Below are positions 24,701 through 33,800 of a DNA stretch of 35,719 nt, one piece after another (position 1 is the first letter of the stretch; each line of letters starts with the position of its first letter). This DNA is from Catajapyx aquilonaris (lineage: Eukaryota): assembly GCA_000934665.2 (NCBI GenBank), contig JYFJ02003985.1:1-35719 (forward strand), written 5' to 3'. Under the pieces are notes generated by a model. It was not told where the DNA came from. It saw nothing but the letters and a program-made list of their open reading frames with translations, and ran no database searches. Both the position numbers and the translations under genes were made by a program.

Positions 24701-26130
24701 AAGCAAACTCTCTGGTTCTTCCATGCATTTTTATGCAACATTTCCACGACTTTTAAATGTCAAGGATGTCACATGTAAAAGTCGCGACGAACGCCCACAC
24801 CCAAACGCCCACTTCTATACATAAAAAATGGGGCAGCGGGGGCGGAAGACTCATTTACAAAGGGAATGGTTAGCCGATATCGGACCTTCTCATACGGCCG
24901 AGTAAGCCTGCACAATGATGAGTATATTACACGCGTGACCTTGAAAAGCAATTGTTTATAATATGGCACATGAATCATTTTGTACATATACTGTACTAAT
25001 TTTATCGCCTGATTTACGCCACAAAAGCTGCTGTCAATCACCCACACATTATACGGCGAATCATATTTTTCCCTCAAAGTAATACACTATACTGTATTAT
25101 ATGCCAGTAGTGTGTATTGGTTCATCTGTAACTCCTTGTGCAACACTTCCCTGCTAGCTTTCGGACATTCCCTAGGTCAAATGAGCCGGCAAGAGTAGGC
25201 CATTATGCAGTCCAATTGCGTAGCCAGGGTCAGATAACTTCCAGGATAGACGGGAATGTAATGGACTCTCCCACTTCACATTATTGGCTACGGTGTGTAG
25301 CCTATGCAGACCAAATTACCGCGTCTAAAGTAAGTGGCCTTTTACTTCCTTGTGGAGTATACAGGCTATACGGGACTGCATTAGTTAATTGCACTATAGG
25401 CACGCAAGAGTCATTTACATAGCACCCAATAAATTTACAGACAGCAAAACAACGTGACAGTAGATATGTATCCAAACAAATTAATTTGACCGATTCGGCA
25501 AATCGTGCTGATTTATCTCAAAGACTGAAGTTGTTGTTGTTGTTGTTGTTGTCGCTGTTTTTGCATAATTCTACAAAAAAACACACTCTTAAACTCCTAC
25601 TTTTTTTGAGGATTCAGCCCGTAAACAATACTAAATCCCGCGTGTATAGCCTCATTTTATTTTGCCGTTGCGCTGCTCGAATTTTACCAACCTGTTGCAT
25701 GGGCGAATGCTGAACTCCCGGATGCGTCAGCGTCTGAGGCGTCGGCGGTGCCATAGGATGCTGCAGTTGCGACTGCAATTGCGACGGCAACGCCGACACC
25801 GTCGTGATTGTCGTCGTCACATTAGGAGGCGGCGCTGGAGCTATGGCCTGAGGTGCCGTCGCCTGCTGCACGCTCTGAAAAACAAATCATTTTTCATACG
25901 TTATGTGTGATTCTGAAAAATGTACACATATAATTACAGTACTGTATATAAAGACAAGTGGAATACGGTACCTGTTGCTGTGCGGGTTGCTGCGCGATGG
26001 TTGTGTTCTGCGGCACGGCTACTTGCGCCGCAGCCTGCGCTGCGGCCTGCGCCTGGGCTGCTACGGCTGCAGCTTCGGCCGCCATACCGCCGCCAGCCGG
26101 GTTCTCCACCTGCTTCGCCGCCTCGCTCAT
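15570..26130 (-). CDS. ph: Polyhomeotic-like protein (PRC1 subunit; HD1 + FCS zinc finger + SAM). Spliced CDS join(complement): 25972-26130, 25692-25874, 24100-24228, 22870-22933, 21334-21464, 19574-19741, 18513-18699, 17241-18146, 16646-16777, 16141-16373, 15845-16024, 15570-15773 = 2676 nt, 891 aa
   Basis: Diagnostic Ph/PHC motifs occur in the canonical order: HD1 PPKALVKPQVLTHVIEGFVIQEASEPFPV, FCS finger CEFCGK...KRFCSNPCAKRYN, SAM WSVSEVCEFIRALPGCSDYAEDFAVQEIDGQALMLLKEDHLMQAMSMKLGPALKI. All 11 introns are GT-AG and the phases chain into one open frame from ATG 26130 to TGA 15570-15572. Confidence 0.95.
15845..16024 (-). CDS. ph: ph coding exon 11; acidic FCS-SAM linker and start of SAM (NPLKWS)
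   Basis: Acceptor cattttgacag|CCT, donor TCG|GTGAGT, 180 nt, phase 0-0. Confidence 0.92.
16141..16373 (-). CDS. ph: ph coding exon 10; FCS-type zinc finger (about 16234-16320)
   Basis: CEFCGKPMNRNNLKKSKRFCSNPCAKRYN. Acceptor tacttcag|AA, donor TGG|GTAAGT, 233 nt, phase 1-0. Confidence 0.94.
16646..16777 (-). CDS. ph: ph coding exon 9 (ASEPFPVSRSAHLTEAQLP...EDGEPP-K); completes HD1; absent from the ORF track
   Basis: Acceptor cattttcag|CT, donor CCAA|GTAAGA, 132 nt, phase 1-1. Splicing restores the conserved VIQEASEPFPV. Confidence 0.92.
17241..18146 (-). CDS. ph: ph coding exon 8; large Pro/Ala/Ser/Thr-rich exon ending in the first part of HD1 (PPKALVKPQVLTHVIEGFVIQE)
   Basis: Acceptor tttcatacag|GT, donor GAAG|GTGAGC, 906 nt, phase 1-1. 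This is the core of ORF 17062..18321. Confidence 0.92.
18513..18699 (-). CDS. ph: ph coding exon 7 (VLPPQATAFGAPLTQGITWATPGGLQSHTLLATAQNPIYIRGAQQESMFIQSPPPQAMPTHN-G)
   Basis: Donor AATG|GTAAGT, phase 1. The 5' edge is ambiguous between acceptor cttag|GTG (18699) and the in-frame, more pyrimidine-rich cttcccccacag|GCC (18684). Confidence 0.85.
19574..19741 (-). CDS. ph: ph coding exon 6 (VSPKLPTLLPPPGSNAPG...GQAQLISPVQ)
   Basis: Acceptor cattctgcag|GTG, donor CAG|GTTGGT, 168 nt, phase 0-0. Confidence 0.82.
19951..20100 (-). CDS. Possible ph cassette exon (GLAQLSARMKFPGTIGRDGATEQQPNGPASDQIYYVHPQLTQGLFGRSYD)
   Basis: Acceptor gtgctgtgtag|GGT, weak donor GAT|GTGAAT, 150 nt, phase 0-0, open frame inside a phase-0 intron. 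No recognisable homology. Confidence 0.35.
21334..21464 (-). CDS. ph: ph coding exon 5 (GYATIPTSAASNQTLVIGQLGVISQPNILPAHSGNPAKQADMQK); absent from the ORF track
   Basis: Acceptor tttttcttcacag|GT, donor AAG|GTAAAA, 131 nt, phase 1-0, open frame. Confidence 0.85.
22870..22933 (-). CDS. ph: ph coding exon 4 (VIAAGKTFQHNQLAPHMLAAA-G)
   Basis: Acceptor cttttccgtgcccag|GTG, donor CAG|GTAAGC, 64 nt, phase 0-1, compatible with the next exon. Confidence 0.82.
23504..23629 (-). CDS. ph: Probable ph cassette exon (SLTGIASFHLQHSKGGGGTLLPMSAATAKLTTTHALLPAAPQ)
   Basis: Strong acceptor ctgtctcctccacag|AGC, weak donor CAG|GTGGTC, 126 nt, symmetric phase 0-0, open frame, Ph-like composition. Confidence 0.6.
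24100..24228 (-). CDS. ph: ph coding exon 3 (VQVIQQPLQNHTYLQQLYNTQGQLLMPGNIQLHPAGMNPGSIQ)
   Basis: Acceptor caacag|GTG, donor CAG|GTAAGC, 129 nt, phase 0-0. Resembles the N-terminal block of arthropod Ph proteins as I recall it. Confidence 0.88.
25530..25550. repeat. (GTT)7 microsatellite in a ph intron
   Basis: Read directly from the sequence. Confidence 0.9.
25692..25874 (-). CDS. ph: ph coding exon 2 (SVQQATAPQAIAPAPPPNVTTTITTVS...HSPMQQ)
   Basis: Acceptor tttttcag|AGC, donor CAG|GTTGGT, 183 nt, phase 0-0, Q/P/T-rich. Confidence 0.85.
25972..26130 (-). CDS. ph: ph first coding exon (MSEAAKQVENPAGGGMAAEAAAVAAQAQAAAQ...QQPAQQQ)
   Basis: ATG at 26130 is preceded by an in-frame TAG (26146-26148). 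Ala/Gln-rich. Donor CAG|GTACCG, phase 0. An upstream acceptor ttttttgtag (AG at 26166-26167) implies a 5' UTR exon further upstream. Confidence 0.8.
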
Positions 26131-26469
26131 CGATGGCGCCACTCCCTACGCACCAACCCAACTCCCTACAAAAAAGCACAAAACAGAAACGCTCAAACTC
26201 CATCTGCCGGACAACAACCACACCACGCGCATTCCACCATTAATATTTCAATCAACCAAACGAACACCCTAACGGGCCCTAACCCACTGTTTACATTGTA
26301 ACACAATCAACAGCATTGTTGATACCATAAAAACACGCTGCCCTGGTAGCCAAACCTGGACAAACAAACAAACTTTGCCTTTTATAATGAGATACCATAT
26401 GATATGAGAATACTTTTTCTTCTTCGTATTTTCAAATGAAATGGTTCCCCATGGGGTTGCTTCCCTTCC

Positions 26470-28120
26470 TCGGTTGCCATGGCTGCATATTACCCAGTGA
26501 ATTTCAGGCAACGATTTCAGGGCATAATATTGCATATCCAGCCTGAACGAAGGTTGGCCCTTGGGGCGTGAGAAGGGGAAAAAAACAGTGTGAGAAAGCA
26601 AGGGGGCCCGGAAGAGAAAGTTGGGCGCATATTCCAGTCGACGGACCAATAGGGAGTCGGGTAGCAAAGGGGAGGTCCAATGGGAGAGGAGGACACATCG
26701 AGGTATGGGGGTTGGTAGGTTCCCCGCCGGCGCGATTTTAACTGGGTGCCAACTCTTACTACGATCAATAGCGTTTCCACCAATCCCAAAGCCTCAGATT
26801 TCCCCACGTCCACCTTTTATATTACACTACCCGACATTTTTTGTGTTCTCTCTCTCTCTCTCTCTCTCTCCCTCTACTTCCTACGTGGTTCTCTTCCCCC
26901 CCCCCCCCCCCCCAAACCTTACTTCCCACCAATCCAATCAGGATTCTCAACCTGCGCTGTTGCCAAATCCCCAACCCGGCAAGTAGCAGCTGACATCTAC
27001 CGGGCTAAACCAGGCGTGACTCAACATTTCGTTGCCCATTCCCCCTAACAGCGGGGTTGCAACATCACCAACATTCTGGCAACAATGGCAGCGTGTTTTC
27101 CTTCAAGGTCGCCATCTACTGGAGTTGTGATGAAGGTTGCCACGATTTTCGGGGGTGAGCCCTCCTTACAACGTTGCCGTCGAGGACATTGAACCTGACC
27201 ACCCAAAAATAATGAGCACCACGTATTTCCAACCATGCTGTTAATTGGCTTATTTTTTTTTCTCCTCCGGTACAAATATGAAATGAGGGGGGACCCCCTG
27301 TAGTGCAGATGGCAGCATGGTGCAAGTTGGAAAAGATGCGACGATCAATATGGCGCGGGAGAAGTCCCCATCTGGTCCGAGAGGAAAAAAGGAGCGCCGC
27401 CTTTGCAAAATGTGCAAATGCTTTCGGTCCAGCAGCTTCCTTCTTCCCTTTCCATCACACGAGGCACGGCCATCAATTTCTCTCCCCCTACCCACGGGTG
27501 CTTCTCTTTCTAGAATTCAATAACAGGCACGCAGCTGGTACCAAAATTGGTTATTTCTAGGCCTGGGCGGGGCTGGAGGTGGAGAGATGGTGGGCCGAAC
27601 ATTGCAATTATCAAATCAGGTGTAAATGCAAATTTCATGGGAGGCCAGCTGGCCACGCTCCAAACACTCCAATCCTTTTGGGCATAGTAGGCGATGAAAC
27701 TCGTAAAAAAAAGAAGGTATGGCGGTTTCTCCCGGTTTCTTTAAAAAAAAATCCGGTGTTGCCATTCTGATCCCATGCACCTGCACCTTTCTCACCTGTC
27801 GCGCCAACCGGAACACGAATTCCGCCAACCGCAACCTGCCAATTTATTTCGCAACTATGACAAAACTTTGTTCCTTTACTGGATTTCTGGTTTTATACCA
27901 TCTCACTGTTGCCACACTCCCTTCGTATCTTACTTCGGCGGAAACTACCAGTCGAAATCCACACGAGCACTCAGAGAAAACGCTCTTCACACGTAAAAAA
28001 TAATCCGGTCCTGGGATCGAACCCTGGACCTCTCCTTTGCATTTTTGGTATCAACTCCCACATTATTGGTTAGAAGGAACGTGCTTTCCTATTCCATTGT
28101 AACCTAGTAGTAGACGCCAT
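26470..28120 (-). promoter_or_regulatory. Putative ph 5' regulatory region (5' UTR intron or promoter)
   Basis: CpG-rich, non-coding, upstream of the acceptor at 26166, with a GAGA tract and about 10 GCCAT/ATGGC cores. The TSS was not located. Confidence 0.4.
26847..26870. repeat. (TC)12 / GAGA tract upstream of the ph start codon
   Basis: Read directly from the sequence. It is followed by a poly-C tract at about 26896-26913. Confidence 0.9.
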
Positions 28121-30209
28121 ATCAAATTCATAATCTACTGCTGGGGTAAGCAACAACACCGGTTGTCTCCCAAAATGCAATCCGTGTCCAATTTTCATAG
28201 GAATCGTTCCCGCGGGTTCCTCCGTCTCCCTCAGGCTTTAAAAAAAAACTTGGAGCAAAAAAAAATGCCCCTCTTCCAAACAGCGGACTATTGTTCCGGA
28301 TAGTGTTCCGTGCCAGCCACCCCCTCCCCGAAGGACCCTCGGGGGACCTCCCAAACGCAATTTACTCCGCGTCCGAAATCACATTTTGGATTCCCCTCCC
28401 TCCGTCTTCCGTGCCTGTCTCTCCTTCTCATTGACCTACCTGATGATGGCCTCAAGACTGGGGGACAAAGGGCGAGTATGCCTTCAGGCAGCCCATTTCC
28501 CCAACCCTCATTCAGGGTCAATAGGTGGCAGCACTAAAACACTCCGATGTTGTGCCCTAGAGGCGCTGCTGTGCCCTGACCATGGGCAATATAATGGTTC
28601 GTTTCTCCCCTTAGCAACCCACAGCCAGATCATAAAATCTGATCGAGGGTTAGGGGTTTTTTCGGGTACCAATCTCTTCTGGTATCTTGATTGGAAATGG
28701 TGTGCGCGCCCTCTTATTAACCCTCCCACTTACATTTCGAGCTTAGGTTTCGAATTGCAGGGAAAAAAGGGCAAAAACGGGGTGAGGGCAACACGCTATG
28801 CATTTGAGCACCGCCTACTTACAAGGCAAAAGCCCCTGCCATTAAGTAATCAGACGCAATTGGCGATCAATTTGAATTTACTTTGGGTAATGTCCGGCCT
28901 ATGTGCTGGCATTTATGAATTGAACCCATTGAGAAAAGTACAGGTTGATGCACGATGTATTGGCAGAACTGATGAAGATCATGTGGATCCCATCATTACC
29001 TGCATGGTATATCAGCAGAGAAACAACATGGTTACAATTATGGGGGACTCCAAAAATGGTACATTGTGTTTGTTCAGCTCTGACCAATCCACAGGGGACG
29101 GTCGTATCGGGGGAGTCGCAAACTAATTTATATTAATATAGCCTATTTACTATCCTTTTTATGCCCATTTCCTGATAATATTCCAGCTCTATAGCATCAG
29201 AGAAGGTTCACATAAAGGGATCTGGATTCAAATCAAACGCTTCATTCCCCGTATGCGGGATTTCATTGTTACATTTAGTAACTGAATAGGTTCCTATGCA
29301 GCAATTGGACAAAGACACGTGGAAGGAAGAGAGGGGGAAAGAAGGGAGCTTACTGTTGCCCCCATAGCAGGCCTTTATGTCCTATCAATAAAGTGGATGA
29401 CCCATCAATATCCTACAAAACAACATGCATAGTATATGAGGGCATGACCTCTGTCACATAGGGTCATTTGTGAAGCAAATGCACCCAAGTATAGTGTCCT
29501 GTTGTACTAGGCGAGATATTGACTCTGTGCATTTCACACGAAATAAGTGGCAACACGTGTCTCGATCTTATGAGACCTGAACATTAAACATGCATGAGTC
29601 GTCATTGGGTCACGCTATATAAGCACAACTGCCGTTTAGAATAATAACGATTACTCCAAGTTATCAAACAAACTCTTCTCGCAGCACGTTTCTGGTTAAG
29701 AAAAAACTTCGAAGTGAAATATCACTTGGACATGGTTATACCGTTAGAGAGTCAGCTTGCTATACCGATGACGTACAACAGGTGCTTGAACGGGACAGGT
29801 TGTCCTGTGTTTAATCATCAAATATGGTCAGCTCAGTAATAAAAAACGCAAATAAGCAATCTCATTCGTACTGATAAGTGATAACATTTTACAATCCTAT
29901 ATATACGGTACTTTATACAGCTGAGTAGATAGGTCGACGATCTCATAAGAGGTGTGCTGCAGTCTCAAATCTGCTGGGTATCTATTATATTTGCAGTTAG
30001 CAACCACTGACAACAAGCAGGGATAGAAATATCCTCAATTTTACGAGAGAATTAGATCCTGTTTGATAGCTATCATGAGCGATTGTTATACAAACTACAA
30101 AGTATGGACTATGTTTTAACTTTCAACACTGAACTTGTCAATCACAAGGAGGACCTATATAGAGCTTTTTTTTGCTTTTGTAAATGTATTACGGACATAT
30201 GCAGTATAA

Positions 30210-30484
30210 CTACCGAAGCAGGTTGGTGTGGTGGTTAAGGAGTCCCCGACTGCTAATCGGGAGGTCCTGGGTTCGAATCCTGGGGCCGGCGACCCTGACT
30301 GTGGTTTTCCACGGTCCCCCCAGGATAATTCCGTGGTCGTTCCCGTAAAAATAGGCCACAGCCGCTTCCTTCCCTATCCTTGGTCCCATCCAATGGTGGT
30401 ACTCCACCCCCCCCCCTAATGGAGCGCCGATTCTCCCAATGGAGTATTTAAAAATAAATAAAATAAAATAAATAAATAAATCTA
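30210..30484 (+). mobile_element. tRNA-derived SINE
   Basis: Pol III A-box-like TGGTGTGGTGG (30224-30234), B-box GGTTCGAATCC (30270-30280), anticodon-like arm CCCGA-CTGCTAA-TCGGG, non-tRNA body, (AAAT)n-type tail at about 30450-30481, candidate TSD CAGTATAA at 30202-30209 and 30485-30492. Confidence 0.85.
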
Positions 30485-30788
30485 CAGTATAATATGGACC
30501 ATGCAAGGTAATCTGAAATGGCATTTCTCTGTATTCATATTGTTCCAGGTTAAAGGAATGGGGCAGACGTTAGTCACGTGTATAGAATTATGTGTGTTTG
30601 TTAACAGCAAAACTGCTTGGCCACAGAAAACCACTACTGGTGTCACATCCTGCGTAGTACGTAAGTTTAGAATAATTCTCTGGCTCTGCATAAGTCTACA
30701 AAACGGTACATATAGTATGATGTGCACCACATCATACTATATGCACAAAATCACGAACCATGCTTCAGTAACTGTGTACACAATAATG

Positions 30789-30889
30789 CAGTGGTTTCCA
30801 ACCAGGGGGTCGCCGGCAGGGTCGCAGGGGGTCGCGAGCCTTGAACCATATTTAGGGGGTCGTAGTTGGTAAAAGGTTGGAAACCACTG
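30789..30889. mobile_element. Non-autonomous hAT (Charlie-like) MITE, 101 bp
   Basis: Perfect 15-bp TIRs CAGTGGTTTCCAACC (30789-30803) and GGTTGGAAACCACTG (30875-30889). Perfect 8-bp TSD CAATAATG (30781-30788, 30890-30897). Internal GGGTCG subterminal repeats. Confidence 0.92.
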
Positions 30890-33800
30890 CAATAATGTAA
30901 ATCATTTAGACATTTAACATTTCTGAACACTCTTCGTGTAATGAAATTACCACTGGCAGAATAGTACACAAGTTGTGAGAGCATCGTAATGCTTTCAGTG
31001 GTCCAGTCAGTCCAGAAAAACTCTGCATTGTCTGACAGATTTATGAAACGTGTTAACAAAATAACGCATAAATGCTTGTTCTTTTACATGAACACATGCC
31101 CGCTTTTATACCGCCATAAATGTCACCGCACAAAAAAACTGATTTGTGACCTAATGACAGACAGATACTCCGCATCATCGCTGTGCAATCCTCATCAGTC
31201 ATCTCTCATGCTGGAAAATTCATTGTTACAAAAACAATGCTGAGATATGTCCATTTTTCCATCTTTCATCTTCCTCGTCATAAAAGGAGATGCGAAGGAG
31301 ATGGTACGGTTTCATTTCAGAATTTCATACGGAATAACACTGTAAGGGTCTGAACATGGCAGATTTCCACCACCCTGTTACGTTATTACACCAATAAAAA
31401 AATGAAGGCGACGAAATGTCTGGCGGCGGAGTCTCTCCAAAATCCCTTCGAGACCGGTTTTAAAGTCCCTAAAAGTCCTGCTGGCACATTGATAATGAGT
31501 GGGCCTCATAGACCTAGCCTACTTATTTTTTGTCCCCCTCTTCCCCTGAGGGATGGGAAGGCGGGCAGAGGGTAGGGGGAGTCCCTCCAGCTGGCAGCAG
31601 GTTCGTCTCTGTCCATATCCTTATGTCCCAGCCAAATCGTTAATATTATCAGCATTTTTTTGCCACGCTTTTGAACTAGAAAACGAATGTGGTGCAATAA
31701 CAGTCGACTTAAAATGTTCTGAACAGCAGAAATACAAAATAATTACCATGCACTATTATGCGCCGCAGCAATCAAGAATAATGATAGCACAAATACTGCT
31801 TTGTATGTACAGTTTCGTTACAATGAAACTACAGTAATAGTGCAGAACTTGTCCATTACATTACATATTCGAAGGTCAAATTGAAGGCATGTTATACAAA
31901 TACTGACAAGCTTATCCCATTTCATCTTAAGTGGAAAATAATCGAAAATAATAATACTTTTCATATCAACACGTTGTCACTTTGTACAGTAGGGCACTTA
32001 TTAAGTTCACTGTAATCACTTATGCATTATCTCTCTCGTCTAACAAGTGCATGCAAGGACAGTGTTTCGACTTCATCCTGGAAATTAGCTATACGAGAAA
32101 TGCCCCCATCGAATCATCGCATTGCAGTCTTTCATGAGCTAACCAGTGATGGTGCATGTTGTCAGAGTATAAGCATAAATTCAGGCACCTCACTTGGATA
32201 TGTCATTTATTGTGTCTTATTTCATGAGCCACACCATGGTACCTGTCCAAGTGCTTTGCAAATATCTTTCAGTAAGTTCCATCATGTCTAGAGGCGAATA
32301 ACTTGAAAATTCTAGATCACATACTAACTTAGAACCGGTTGTATGAACGAGAGTTAAGAGTAAATTAGAAGTTAGCTATCGTTTTATATGTATAAAGCCC
32401 TTCACTGACATTCCTCCGCTTCCAATGTGAACTCCTTCTCTTCTCCAGTGTGGGTAAAATCAAAGCCAGTGGTCACGCCACTATTTTTAAGCCATTCTTA
32501 TGGTTCTGGAGCTAGCAAGAAGACAAAAGCGGCAATGCCACATTCCATTCGACCCCGCCTGTACAGCCTACCGTCACTATCCATTACTTAGGTCCGTTGT
32601 AAATCATGCGCTTTCCCTGCTGGGTAATCCTGCTAGAGGGTATATGGCGGGTATTTCTATACCAAGAGGCACAACTTTCTATTCCCAACAGTCCCAATTT
32701 TCAAAGGCGCCTTTATCCTTTCCTCAAAACCTGAGCTCTTGACATGGTAGTATGACTTTCAGCCTGCACTCTATTCGCCACAGCAGAACGCCATGCCAAC
32801 TATTGTGCTAGGACCAGACCTATGTTCAACTTATCAATGACCTCGTTGTAATTCACCGTAAGTAAGCGCAATGGGAACCCTTTTTCATATTTTATTGACA
32901 CATAAAACAATGCGAACGCCCCATAAAACTGGACAGCCCATCCCGTAGAGTTCTGCGCAAGGATGCAATTGACATAAATACTGTCACGCGCACGAAATGT
33001 GGGTGAAGTCCAGCCACTAATAAATAACTAAGTGAACAACATGCCACGATGAAGCGATGTCACGACGTTTTTTTTTGTTTTGTTTTTTTACCCCCCTCAT
33101 TTTTCTACGAACCCCATCGATCTGGTGCTTGAAATGGTCACGAAACATTTGACATCTATTGTTACACACCAGCTCTACCTAGATCCAAACATTTAATTAC
33201 TGCTCCTAACTTTCGTAACTTTTAAGTTTTTTGATGTGTATTAATATTAAGGCATCGTTAGTGAAGTGATGATGACGTCACTCGCAACTCGCTATAGTGC
33301 GGTTGGAGTAGATTTAGGGAGGGGAGAAACTTCCTCCCACCCTCTCCGACTCTTCCCCTCCCCACATGCTCACCACCCACCCCCCTCCCCTCTCCATGAA
33401 GAAAATTACACTGCATTGGGCGTGGAATCGACGAGTTGCGTGTCTGGGGAAGAGCTGCCTCCGCCTATCAGCACGCCGGATCCTCCACCGACACACACGG
33501 CAACACCGCATTTCACGGTTGGAGTAGATGAGGAATGGGGAGGGGGGGAGAGGTAAAACTGGGGAGGTTGGGTGTATTGAGCATACATGAGAGGAAGTGG
33601 TCGTAGGGTGGGTGGGTGAATGTGGGGGTTACTGATTAGCCGACCGCGGAGCGAAAACCTTGCTTTTCTTCCTATTGATTTGGCAACCCCGTGTGCGCAT
33701 GAACCGCATGCACAGCGCCTCCCGGTTGGCCCCTCAACTTCCCCGGTCCGGACGTGGCCATTGGTCGCCTCTCACCCAGTCCCGACGGTGCCACATGAGG

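Noticed and set aside
25662..26301. Plus-strand ORFs over ph exons 1-2
   Set aside because: Antisense shadows of Ala/Gln codon repeats.
28969..28995. Hammerhead ribozyme core (CTGATGA), also checked at about 13950, 14420 and 34790
   Set aside because: No stem II followed by GAAA and no closing stems.
30218..30291. Functional tRNA-Ser(GCT) gene
   Set aside because: The acceptor and D stems pair poorly, the long variable arm of serine tRNAs is missing, and there is no poly-T terminator. It continues into a SINE body and tail.
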